Source: a virus (lineage: Duplodnaviria > Caudoviricetes). Taken from it: DNA of 34,265 nt. Positions within the stretch are counted from its first letter, which is position 1. Every line of letters begins with the position of its first letter. This document shows, one piece after another, positions 9,847 through 17,615 of the stretch. Location: positions 1-34,265 of the IMG/VR virus record IMGVR_UViG_3300027808_000086; one strand, written 5' to 3'. Position numbers and translations under genes: made by a program. The notes under the pieces are model-generated. The model did no database searches. It worked only from the letters and a program-made list of their open reading frames with translations, and was not told the DNA's origin.

Positions 9847-10303
9847 TTTAATTTTAATCGGTTGCGGTAGCCGCAAAGTAGCTATTCAAGAAACAAAAAA
9901 AGATAGTTTGTCACAAATAGAAACTAAAATTGTTACAGATGAAAAAAGCAAAGAAAATAAAGCAATTGAAACAAATATAAACACAATTTCAGATGCTGAA
10001 GAAACTATTTTCACACCTATTGATAATAATAAAGAAATAATAATAAATGGTAAAAGCTATTTTAACGTAGTTTTAAAGGTTAAAAAAGTTAAAAGCAATA
10101 CTTTGTATAACAATAAAGAAACTATTGCTAAAACAGCCTTAAAATCAACTAAAACGGCTACTAAAGCTAAAACTTTGGTAAAAGAAAACAGTAAAATTAA
10201 AAATATAGACAAAAAAGCTAATTATTGGGGTTGGTTATGGTTGCTATTAATTCCTATTGGATATTACGTTTACAAAAAATATTCTTTCTTTAATATAATT
10301 TAA
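9821..10303 (+). CDS. Unimolecular spanin-like lipoprotein
   Basis: Lipobox LILIG-C at the N-terminus plus C-terminal transmembrane segment (WGWLWLLLIPIGYY); follows the endolysin. Confidence 0.75.
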   Translation: MKQLVILVSLILIGCGSRKVAIQETKKDSLSQIETKIVTDEKSKENKAIETNINTISDAEETIFTPIDNNKEIIINGKSYFNVVLKVKKVKSNTLYNNKETIAKTALKSTKTATKAKTLVKENSKIKNIDKKANYWGWLWLLLIPIGYYVYKKYSFFNII

Positions 10304-10313
10304 ACAAATAAAT

Positions 10314-11144
10314 ATGAATTTTGACTATTACAAATTAGAAGCGATAAAACATTTTGGTACTAACTTAAATAACAAACAAATAGCAGAAAAGATAATAGTT
10401 GAAAAAAGCGAACTTACAGTTAATACTTTAAGGAAGAAAATCGGTACTTTAAGAACAAAGCAAAATGAACTAAAACCATACGTTGGCACTAATTTAGATA
10501 ACATTTTAATAATTGGGGATTTACATTCCCCTTTTACTTTGCCTAAATATTTAGAATTCTGTAAAGAACAACAAAAAAAATACAATTGTGGACGTGTTAT
10601 TTTTATCGGAGATATAATTGATAATCATTATAGTTCATACCACGAAAGCGACCCCGATGGAATGAGCGCAGGAGACGAACTTGACAAAGCAATACAAGAT
10701 ATACAGGCTTATTACGAAGCATTTCCAACAGCAACTGTTATAATAGGCAACCACGATAGGTTAGTTTACCGTAAAGCCTTTAGCGGTGGTGTTTCAAAGC
10801 GTTGGGTAAAAGAATATAAAGATGTTTTAAAAGTACCAAATTGGGATTTTGTAGAAAGTGTAGAAATATTCAATGTTAATATCAATCACGGTGAGGGTGG
10901 AACTGCAAGAAGTAAAATGAAAAAAGATTTACAAAGCCAAATACAAGGGCATTTACATTCAGATTTTTATTTAGAATATATAGTCGGTAAAAACTTTAGA
11001 ATATTTGGAATGCAAGTAGGATGTGGCGTGGACCATCATAGTTACGCTATGGCTTATGGTAAAAATTTTAAAAAACCTGCAATAGGTTGTGGAGTTTTAC
11101 TTAATAAAGGAACACTTCCGATTTTAATTCCTATGATACTATAA
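10314..11144 (+). CDS. Calcineurin-like metallophosphoesterase with N-terminal HTH-like segment
   Basis: GDLH, GDIID, GNHD, HG and GHLH metal-binding motifs. Confidence 0.9.
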   Translation: MNFDYYKLEAIKHFGTNLNNKQIAEKIIVEKSELTVNTLRKKIGTLRTKQNELKPYVGTNLDNILIIGDLHSPFTLPKYLEFCKEQQKKYNCGRVIFIGDIIDNHYSSYHESDPDGMSAGDELDKAIQDIQAYYEAFPTATVIIGNHDRLVYRKAFSGGVSKRWVKEYKDVLKVPNWDFVESVEIFNVNINHGEGGTARSKMKKDLQSQIQGHLHSDFYLEYIVGKNFRIFGMQVGCGVDHHSYAMAYGKNFKKPAIGCGVLLNKGTLPILIPMIL

Positions 11145-11171
11145 AAAGTGGTTTGATTACCTATCTTTTTT

Positions 11172-11201
11172 AACCTGCAATTAATTTGTGGGTTTTTTTT
11201 T
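11172..11201 (+). terminator. Intrinsic terminator ending the late region
   Basis: AACCTGCAA-ttaat-TTGTGGGTT followed by a long T tract. Confidence 0.8.
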
Positions 11202-11234
11202 GATATAAAGTATTGTTTATCTAAATATTAGTTA

Positions 11235-11242
11235 TATATTTG
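11235..11242 (+). promoter_or_regulatory. Bacteroidota primary-sigma -7 element (TAnnTTTG)
   Basis: TATATTTG immediately upstream of a structured non-coding leader. Confidence 0.7.
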
Positions 11243-11244
11243 TA

Positions 11245-11347
11245 AAATCAATTTGACTAGACACTTATTGATTTAAGAGGTCAAATTGTAAAAGCAAAAC
11301 ACACCCTTAGCAAAGTAGTCTAGTCCTTTGTTAAGGGTTTTTTGTTT
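11245..11347 (+). ncRNA. Candidate two-hairpin kissing-loop RNA / attenuator
   Basis: Stem 11245-11252/11267-11274 with loop GACTAGAC; terminator-like stem 11303-11315/11326-11338 with loop GTCTAGTC; T tract follows. Confidence 0.6.
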
Positions 11348-11372
11348 CCTAAAAACAATCGTAATAAGAAAT

Positions 11373-11558
11373 TAAGGGGAAAACTTCAACAATTTGGCTT
11401 ATTATTAAAGTACTAAAATGGGTTCAATGGTACAACTGTAAACGAAACTACGACGGGCTAACTAAGTAAATTTCAAACAGAGGAAAAAGGTATAAAATGA
11501 AAAATATTTATATCTGGATTAACGAGAAATCAGTTTTTCCCTTAGGCTTCCTCTGTTT
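11373..11558 (+). ncRNA. Candidate pseudoknotted structured RNA
   Basis: Crossing helices 11373-11385/11532-11544 (13 bp, one G-U) and 11475-11485/11548-11558 (11 bp); no long ORF. Confidence 0.5.
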
Positions 11559-11633
11559 ACTCACCAACTTTAAACTTCAAAGTAATATAATAATTAAATA
11601 AATAAGTATATAATAATTAATATATAATAGTAT

Positions 11634-11768
11634 ATGAAAAATATATCTGACTATTTATTCAATAAGTATTTTAACTGCACATTAGCAAGTAAACAATATT
11701 GGTTTGATTTGTATTTAAAAGCATACTTTAAAGAACAGAAATTAAAGCAAGGAATAAAAGTTAAATAA
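11634..11768 (+). CDS. Small hypothetical protein (44 aa, not in ORF track)
   Basis: MKNISDYLFNKYFNC...KQYWFDLYLKAY... Confidence 0.5.
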   Translation: MKNISDYLFNKYFNCTLASKQYWFDLYLKAYFKEQKLKQGIKVK

Positions 11769-11856
11769 ATGTTAAAGATTAATTAACTACTATTATATTA
11801 ATAAAGTAGTTGTATATTTGTACCAGCAATAAAGCTAAAGAAAAACAAATATTATG
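11760..11856 (+). promoter_or_regulatory. Early promoter module 1
   Basis: GTTAAATA..TGTTAAAG, TATTAATA, TATATTTG (11813-11820); leader nearly identical to 21728-21775. Confidence 0.75.
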
Positions 11857-11979
11857 AAAGCATCTAAACAAACAGTTAAAATATTCGGACAAACAGTAAC
11901 TGTAGGAACTAAACTTCACGCTAAATTAGTTCAACAAAAAAAACAATTTGACGATTTAAATACTTACGAAAATAACTAA
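11854..11979 (+). CDS. Small early protein (41 aa, not in ORF track)
   Basis: MKASKQTVKIFGQTVTVGTKLHAKL...; first ORF after the promoter module. Confidence 0.6.
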   Translation: MKASKQTVKIFGQTVTVGTKLHAKLVQQKKQFDDLNTYENN

Positions 11980-11994
11980 TAAAATACTAAAAAT

Positions 11995-12375
11995 ATGAAA
12001 TTAATATCAATGACAGATTTTTTGCCAAAGCATCCGTATTCAATATTCCTAAAACAACCTTTAGAGATATGGATGTTTGTTCCGTGTGATGAGAATGGGA
12101 ATGTTTTTGAAAAACCAATAGATTTTGATTATTTTGAAACATTTAACGTAAGTACTTTGACTAAACAGCCAACACAAAAACAATATAAAGAATGGCATAC
12201 TTTTAAAGATGCAAAAGAAAGATGTTTGTTTGAAGGGTTTGAGTTTGACAATCCTTATGTAAAATCAATCAATTATGGGTTTCACGTAAAAGCCGCTGAT
12301 AAAATAATGATTGAAGATTTAGTAAAATACAATTTACAACTAACCCAAACAGCAATTAAACAATTAGGATTATGA
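11995..12375 (+). CDS. Hypothetical protein
   Basis: 126-aa ORF with A-rich start context. Confidence 0.65.
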   Translation: MKLISMTDFLPKHPYSIFLKQPLEIWMFVPCDENGNVFEKPIDFDYFETFNVSTLTKQPTQKQYKEWHTFKDAKERCLFEGFEFDNPYVKSINYGFHVKAADKIMIEDLVKYNLQLTQTAIKQLGL

Positions 12376-12497
12376 AATACATTACACGAAATTTAGAACC
12401 ATTAATTATAGGCTTTACAGTAGCTTTATTAACTGTTAATATAATTAATATAATAGTTGATATTATTTTAAAAATAGCAATACTTAAATATAAATAA
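12372..12497 (+). CDS. Small membrane protein (41 aa, not in ORF track)
   Basis: MKYITRNLEPLIIGFTVALLTVNIINIIVDIILK...; ATGA coupling to the upstream gene. Confidence 0.55.
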   Translation: MKYITRNLEPLIIGFTVALLTVNIINIIVDIILKIAILKYK

Positions 12498-12500
12498 ATT

Positions 12501-12854
12501 ATGAAAATTAGCGAGTTACCGAAAGAGATTAGAGAAAAAGCATTGAAGTATCAAAAAAGAGATGGTAAAGATTTAGAAACAGATATCTTATTAAGAGCAT
12601 TTATTTGGATAGATACAAAAGAGGGTTCAATTTATTGGAGGGGATTGCATCACCAAGAGCCAAAAAAAGAGCTAAAAGATACAATAGTTGAGAGCGTTAT
12701 AAATCAATTTAAACAGCGTTCTAAAGTAGGAATAGAAAAATACGGTGTTACGTTAGATAGAACTGATTTGAGTACGTTAGAATGGCTACAACACGCACAG
12801 GAAGAAGCAATGGATTTAATATTATATTTAGAAAAACTAAAAAATGAATTATAG
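12501..12854 (+). CDS. Hypothetical protein with C-terminal all-alpha NTP-pyrophosphatase-like segment
   Basis: G.EKYG.TL.R.DL...EWL.HAQEE.MD..LY acidic helical motif resembling the MazG-like superfamily. Confidence 0.5.
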   Translation: MKISELPKEIREKALKYQKRDGKDLETDILLRAFIWIDTKEGSIYWRGLHHQEPKKELKDTIVESVINQFKQRSKVGIEKYGVTLDRTDLSTLEWLQHAQEEAMDLILYLEKLKNEL

Positions 12855-13101
12855 AATTAAAGAATATCAGAAATTATTTTACATTCAAGTATATGAAAAA
12901 GAAGTAATAACAAGCGGTTATTTATGGTGGGAAAAAACTAAAATAATACCTAAATGGACTAGGGTTGATAATCGTGGAATTGGTTTATTTTCAATGCGTT
13001 ATTTATCAAATTTAGATAAAGTTCTTGATGGATTTGAAACACTTGAAGAAGCAAAAGAGCAAATAGAAATATTTAAATCAGAGCCAAAATATTACTATTA
13101 A
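12844..13101 (+). CDS. Hypothetical protein
   Basis: 85-aa ORF in a coupled gene string. Confidence 0.6.
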   Translation: MNYRIKEYQKLFYIQVYEKEVITSGYLWWEKTKIIPKWTRVDNRGIGLFSMRYLSNLDKVLDGFETLEEAKEQIEIFKSEPKYYY

Positions 13102-13272
13102 ATGGAATTAAATAAACACATTAAAGAAATTATTATGAATGATACAGAAGAGCTATTACTACTTTATTCAAAGCGTAAAAAGCTATATTTAAAAGGTGGG
13201 AATGACGAGAAATTAAACGATAAAATTCGTGAGTTACAAAAGATTACTAATTACAAAATCAAAGAGCAATGA
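13102..13272 (+). CDS. Small hypothetical protein (56 aa, not in ORF track)
   Basis: MELNKHIKEII...KIKEQ; abuts the upstream stop and is ATGA-coupled downstream. Confidence 0.55.
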   Translation: MELNKHIKEIIMNDTEELLLLYSKRKKLYLKGGNDEKLNDKIRELQKITNYKIKEQ

Positions 13273-13538
13273 ATCCTTACGAAAAAATATTAAAAGAGAT
13301 AGCAACAGGACTTTTAGAAGTTGCAGAGATTAAACCTAATTTTTCAAACGATGCTCTATTAGATGCGACTTTTATTTTTCAGACTGTATTTATGGATAAG
13401 TTTTATGATAATTGGAAACATTATAGATTAGAAACTCAGGAATATTTTGCAGTACAAGCTGGAGAAAGATTAAGAGAATTAATAATAGAATTTACAGGAT
13501 TAGATACACACGAACTAACTAAAAATTACGGGAAATGA
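13269..13538 (+). CDS. Hypothetical protein
   Basis: 89-aa ORF, coupled at both ends. Confidence 0.65.
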   Translation: MNPYEKILKEIATGLLEVAEIKPNFSNDALLDATFIFQTVFMDKFYDNWKHYRLETQEYFAVQAGERLRELIIEFTGLDTHELTKNYGK

Positions 13539-13696
13539 AAATAACAGTAAATAAAATAGTAAGAGAATTAGAAAAAAATAATGTTTGGTCAAAACCTTAT
13601 TTAGACCAACTAATTATTAGAGAATTAATAAAAGACGTTCACACAATTATAGACGAACAATTAAGAGTACTAAAAAACATAACTATAAAGAAATGA
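13535..13696 (+). CDS. Small hypothetical protein (53 aa, not in ORF track)
   Basis: MKITVNKIVRELEK...; ATGA overlaps on both sides. Confidence 0.6.
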   Translation: MKITVNKIVRELEKNNVWSKPYLDQLIIRELIKDVHTIIDEQLRVLKNITIKK

Positions 13697-13944
13697 GTCC
13701 AAAAAAGAAAAACATAGAAATGACAAAGTTATATTGTTTAAGTCAATTACTTTTAGAAAGTTTGGATATACTTAAACCAACTACCGCTAATATGGTTAAA
13801 TATAAGGCTGATTTAACAGCTCTTTGTGAGGAATTGAATAACGTAACTGCAAATAGTGAAACAGTGCTTAAAAGTACTTATTTTAGCTCTATTTGTTCAA
13901 AAGTAGATACGATTTTGAGAAAACAATTTGAAAAAAATATGTAA
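13693..13944 (+). CDS. Hypothetical protein
   Basis: 83-aa helical ORF coupled to the methyltransferase gene. Confidence 0.6.
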   Translation: MSPKKKNIEMTKLYCLSQLLLESLDILKPTTANMVKYKADLTALCEELNNVTANSETVLKSTYFSSICSKVDTILRKQFEKNM

Positions 13945-14726
13945 TGATAAAAATAACAAATGAATGTAATATGGCTCTTATGGCATCACAAGAAAGCGAA
14001 AGTGTAGATTTAATTTATTGTGATATTCTTTATGGAACTGGTAGAAATTTTGGAGATTATAAAGACTTAAATCCAATTAGAAGCGAAATAGAAACCCATT
14101 ATTTACCACGATTAAAAGAAATGTATAGAGTTTTAAAACCAACAGGAACTATTTATTTACAAATGGATACAAGGATTAACCATTGGATACGTTGCATTAT
14201 GGATGATATTTTTAATTATAAAAATTTTAAAACTGAAATAGTTTGGTTTTATAATTCACAAGGTAAATCAAATAAAGAATGGAATAGAAAACACGATGTA
14301 ATTTTACATTATACAAAAGGAAAACATTGGACTTTTAACGCAAAAGATGTAATGGATAGTATTACAGATTTAACTTATAAAAGATTTAAAAGTGAAATTG
14401 ATAAAAAAGGATATTATACTTGTTTTAAAAATGGCAAAGAATACAAATACTATTTAGAAAATGGAAGTTTACCAAAAGATTGGTTTGAAGATATTACATA
14501 TATAAGTAGAGATAATAAAGAACTTACTGGATATGCAACACAAAAACCAAAAGCATTAATTGAAAGACTTATAAAAGCAAGTTCAAACGAAGGAGATACA
14601 GTTGCAGATTATTATTTAGGTTCTGGAACAACAGCAGTAGTTTGTAAACAATTGAATAGAAATTTTATAGGTTGCGATATTAATTCAAAGGCTATTGAAA
14701 TAACAAATAATAGATTAATAAAATAA
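13944..14726 (+). CDS. DNA amino-methyltransferase (N6A/N4C, beta class)
   Basis: VDLIYCDILY (motif IV variant), RVLKPTG, YATQKP..LIERLI, DYYLGSGTT (motif I), IGCDI. Confidence 0.88.
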   Translation: MIKITNECNMALMASQESESVDLIYCDILYGTGRNFGDYKDLNPIRSEIETHYLPRLKEMYRVLKPTGTIYLQMDTRINHWIRCIMDDIFNYKNFKTEIVWFYNSQGKSNKEWNRKHDVILHYTKGKHWTFNAKDVMDSITDLTYKRFKSEIDKKGYYTCFKNGKEYKYYLENGSLPKDWFEDITYISRDNKELTGYATQKPKALIERLIKASSNEGDTVADYYLGSGTTAVVCKQLNRNFIGCDINSKAIEITNNRLIK

Positions 14727-14732
14727 ATTAAA

Positions 14733-14981
14733 ATGAAACAAACAGCAGTAGAATGGTTCGAAAAAGAACTACAAAAAAACTTTAATATTGAAGGAATTCA
14801 ACTTTTATATGATGATATTTTAGAAAAAGCCAAAGAAATGGAAAATGAACAAAAAGCAGATTTTGCTATAGAATTTAAAAGATGGTATGAAACAGAATGT
14901 ACTGTATATAATGGTAGAATAAATAAAAATACAGAATTATTATTAAAAGATTTTAAAGAAGAATACTATGATATTGATTAA
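14733..14981 (+). CDS. Hypothetical protein (MKQTAVEW-type)
   Basis: 82 aa; FAI.F..W and ELL motifs shared with 20322..20552. Confidence 0.6.
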   Translation: MKQTAVEWFEKELQKNFNIEGIQLLYDDILEKAKEMENEQKADFAIEFKRWYETECTVYNGRINKNTELLLKDFKEEYYDID

Positions 14982-15028
14982 TATTCATAAAATAAATAAT
15001 CATATAGCACAGCAAAAACTATTTTAAT

Positions 15029-15574
15029 ATGAAACCTAAAAAATGCAAAGTATGCCTAACAACTTTTGAGCCTAAACAATTTGCCCAGTCTGTTTGTTCG
15101 CCAATTTGTGCAATTAAGCATTCTAAAAACTTAAAACTATCAAAAGCATTAAAAGAATGGAATGCAGAAAAGAAAATAATTAAAGATAAAATTAAAACAC
15201 TTTCTGAATATGAGAAAGATGCAAAAAAATCATTTCAACATTGGATCAGATTAAGAGACAAAAATTTACCTTGTATTTCGTGCGGTAATTCAAACACAAC
15301 TGATTGGGCTGGGGGTCATTTTTATTCAGCTGGAATGTATAGCGGGTTTATGTTTGATGAGCGTAACGTACATAAGCAGTGTAATACGCATTGTAATAAA
15401 CATTTAAGCGGTAATTTATTAGAATATAGAAAAGGATTGATTAAACGGTACGGTAATGCGTTTGTAGATGAGTTAGACAGCATAAGCGACAGCAAAAGAA
15501 ATTATAAATACACAAAGGCTGAGTTAATAGCAAAAAAATTGAAGTACGATATAAAGATTAAAGAAATAAAGTAG
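15029..15574 (+). CDS. ninG: NinG/Rap-like recombination endonuclease
   Basis: KKCKVC...F.P.....VCS..CA, WIRLRD..PCISCG, GGHF, FDERNVHKQC..CN..LSGN..EYR.GL..RYG. Confidence 0.9.
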   Translation: MKPKKCKVCLTTFEPKQFAQSVCSPICAIKHSKNLKLSKALKEWNAEKKIIKDKIKTLSEYEKDAKKSFQHWIRLRDKNLPCISCGNSNTTDWAGGHFYSAGMYSGFMFDERNVHKQCNTHCNKHLSGNLLEYRKGLIKRYGNAFVDELDSISDSKRNYKYTKAELIAKKLKYDIKIKEIK

Positions 15575-15646
15575 TATATTTGTATTTCATAATAAAAGTG
15601 TTTGTAGTAATTAATCCGATTAGTTGAGGGACTAGTCGGATTTTTT
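15575..15646 (+). ncRNA. Candidate small RNA unit: promoter, anti-start-codon seed, terminator
   Basis: TATATTTG 15575-15582, then TTTCATAATAAAAGTGTTTG, then a 12-bp hairpin 15613-15642 with T tract; no ATG-initiated ORF on +. Confidence 0.6.
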
Positions 15647-15660
15647 ATTTATACCTACTT

Positions 15661-15769
15661 GTTAAATATTTGTTAAAGAATAATATAATAGTTGTATATT
15701 AATAAAAGAGTTATATATTTGTACTCAGATAACAACAACGAAGTTTTTATCACTAAAAAAAATATAATG
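15661..15769 (+). promoter_or_regulatory. Early promoter module 2
   Basis: GTTAAATA-TT-TGTTAAAG, TATTAATA 15697-15704, TATATTTG 15714-15721; same spacing as module 1. Confidence 0.7.
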
Positions 15770-15883
15770 GCATATTCAAAAAAACCACTACCAAAAAGAG
15801 TCACAATTTTTGAACAAGAGAAATTAAACAGACTAAAAGCAATTGAATATTTAAAACGAATAAAAGAATCAAAATCAAAATGA
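15767..15883 (+). CDS. Small basic early protein (38 aa)
   Basis: Likely start ATG 15767 (MAYSKKPLPKR...); the track start at 15692 lies inside the promoter. Confidence 0.55.
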   Translation: MAYSKKPLPKRVTIFEQEKLNRLKAIEYLKRIKESKSK

Positions 15884-15969
15884 AAAAGCAAACACAACTA
15901 AACATAGGCTTTATAATAGCAACTTATTTTATCGGTAGAATTTTACTAACATTAATATTTAACATTTAA
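15880..15969 (+). CDS. Small membrane peptide (29 aa, not in ORF track)
   Basis: MKKQTQLNIGFIIATYFIGRILLTLIFNI; ATGA-coupled. Confidence 0.5.
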   Translation: MKKQTQLNIGFIIATYFIGRILLTLIFNI

Positions 15970-15986
15970 ATGGAAAAAAATAAATT

Positions 15987-16571
15987 ATGTGGAATAAAAC
16001 TATTGACGTAAAAATTTGTGGAGATTGCAAAATAAAATTTCCTAAAACAGAAGAATATTTTTTTAAAAGAGTAATAAATCAAACATTAAAAACAGGAGAA
16101 GTAAAAACATATTATTGTTTTAAATCTAAATGCAAAAAATGTCACGGATTGCAAGGAAATAATATAAGGATTAAAAAAAGATGTGAAGAAATGAATTGCA
16201 ATGTTTTAGATTATAGAGAAAACTGGAAAAAACAATATTATGAAACACGAACACTTTTTAAAGAATTTAAGGAATATGCTTTAGACACAAGAAAAAGAAT
16301 GTATAAATATAAAAATGAAGGTAAAGATGTTTCTACTTATGAAAATTATAAAAAATTAGGGAGATTAAAACAAAGTAAAAATAAGAGAAAATACGATTAT
16401 GGAAATACCGATTTTGTACCAAAAGAAAAACTTAGCAAAAGTGGAATTGTAAATTTAACCGATGCATATATTGCTCTTACCTTAAAAGCAAAAGTAAAAG
16501 AAGTTCCAAAAGAAATGATAGAGTTTAAAAGATTAACAATACAATTAAAAAGAGAATTACAAAACAATTAA
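15987..16571 (+). CDS. Basic protein with Cys4 zinc finger
   Basis: KICGDC...EYF...SKCKKC; Lys/Arg-rich; no catalytic HNH motif seen. Confidence 0.6.
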   Translation: MWNKTIDVKICGDCKIKFPKTEEYFFKRVINQTLKTGEVKTYYCFKSKCKKCHGLQGNNIRIKKRCEEMNCNVLDYRENWKKQYYETRTLFKEFKEYALDTRKRMYKYKNEGKDVSTYENYKKLGRLKQSKNKRKYDYGNTDFVPKEKLSKSGIVNLTDAYIALTLKAKVKEVPKEMIEFKRLTIQLKRELQNN

Positions 16572-16582
16572 AAACAAAAATT

Positions 16583-16807
16583 ATGGAAGTTAAGAGAGAT
16601 TTAAATTTTGAAGTAAACAATGCAAAGCAATTGAATGAAATGCTTACAGGAGTGTTGATGGATGTTAGACGTGGAACTTTAGATCACGATACAGTTAAGA
16701 GCATTACGCTTGTTGCTGATAAAATAAATAAAAACAATGTTAATATTTTAGAATACAAAAAGATTACTAAAAATAAAAAGGATATTGAATTTTTTGAACA
16801 AATATAA
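16583..16807 (+). CDS. Hypothetical protein
   Basis: 74-aa helical ORF. Confidence 0.6.
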   Translation: MEVKRDLNFEVNNAKQLNEMLTGVLMDVRRGTLDHDTVKSITLVADKINKNNVNILEYKKITKNKKDIEFFEQI

Positions 16808-16814
16808 ATAAATT

Positions 16815-16961
16815 ATGAAACACGAAAGGGCGGGAAAGCCAAACAAATTTAAAACAGGTACAGCGGTAAAAAGACTTCAAACTTTAGTACCAATTGAAAA
16901 ATTAGAGCAAGTAAAAAACTGCATAGAAGTGATTTGTGCAGATGAATTAAACAAAAAATAA
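16815..16961 (+). CDS. Small putative DNA-binding protein (48 aa, not in ORF track)
   Basis: MKHERAGKPNKFK...KRLQTLVPIEKLEQVK: basic arm then strand-helix, RHH-like pattern. Confidence 0.5.
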   Translation: MKHERAGKPNKFKTGTAVKRLQTLVPIEKLEQVKNCIEVICADELNKK

Positions 16962-16967
16962 ATTAAA

Positions 16968-17171
16968 ATGGAAGAATATACATATAAAATTTATCCTTAT
17001 TATGATAAGGTAAAAGCAGAAATAACTAAACAAGTCGGCACATTTAAATTACACGCTTTAGACAAATCTTTTGGTTCTAATTTTAGAAAGCCAATTGAAA
17101 AAGATTATTTAGATGCTGAAATTTGGGCAAAGAATCAATTAAAATATATTAATAACGCAAACAAAAAATAA
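16968..17171 (+). CDS. Hypothetical protein flanked by 23-bp direct repeats
   Basis: AAACAAAAAATAAATTAAAATGG at 16949-16971 and 17159-17181. Confidence 0.6.
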   Translation: MEEYTYKIYPYYDKVKAEITKQVGTFKLHALDKSFGSNFRKPIEKDYLDAEIWAKNQLKYINNANKK

Positions 17172-17177
17172 ATTAAA

Positions 17178-17393
17178 ATGGCAAAAGCACACGAAAATTT
17201 GGGAAGTAAAGAAGTTAATCACTTTTTACATTTAAGAATAGAAGCTTTAAGGATAGAAAACAGTCGTTTAATGGACGAAAACGAAAGGTTGATAAATAGT
17301 ATTGAAGTTGTAGATGCAATGACCGTAGGCAACGAAATGAGCCACTATTATCAGTTTATGAATAACTTTAATTACACACTAAAAAAACAATGA
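17178..17393 (+). CDS. Hypothetical coiled-coil protein
   Basis: 71-aa ORF. Confidence 0.6.
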   Translation: MAKAHENLGSKEVNHFLHLRIEALRIENSRLMDENERLINSIEVVDAMTVGNEMSHYYQFMNNFNYTLKKQ

Positions 17394-17614
17394 AAATGGA
17401 ACAAGATTTATTACACGAAATTTTAAAAGACACTTCTTATAATGGTAAGTTCGTTAAATTCTATGAAATTCTACAAGATGAATTAGATGAATATACAGAT
17501 GAAAAAATTAAAGATATGACTGGAACTTTAATTTATGTTTATCCAGAAAAATTAAATGAAATTAAAAATTACGATAAATTAAGAATATTATACGAATACT
17601 CAAAACTTTTATAA
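17390..17614 (+). CDS. Hypothetical protein
   Basis: 74-aa ORF, ATGA-coupled. Confidence 0.6.
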   Translation: MKMEQDLLHEILKDTSYNGKFVKFYEILQDELDEYTDEKIKDMTGTLIYVYPEKLNEIKNYDKLRILYEYSKLL

Positions 17615-17615
17615 A

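Noticed and set aside
11141-11170. Second anti-start sRNA (ATAAAAAGTGGTTTG resembles 15592-15604)
   Set aside because: No TAnnTTTG promoter or CAT seed; treated as the 3' UTR before the terminator.
11373-11558. Group I intron or RNase P-like ribozyme
   Set aside because: The crossing-helix topology is reminiscent, but I see no conserved P7/J8-7 or P4 sequences and no interrupted gene.
15987-16571. HNH homing endonuclease
   Set aside because: The zinc finger is present but no HNH catalytic motif is visible.
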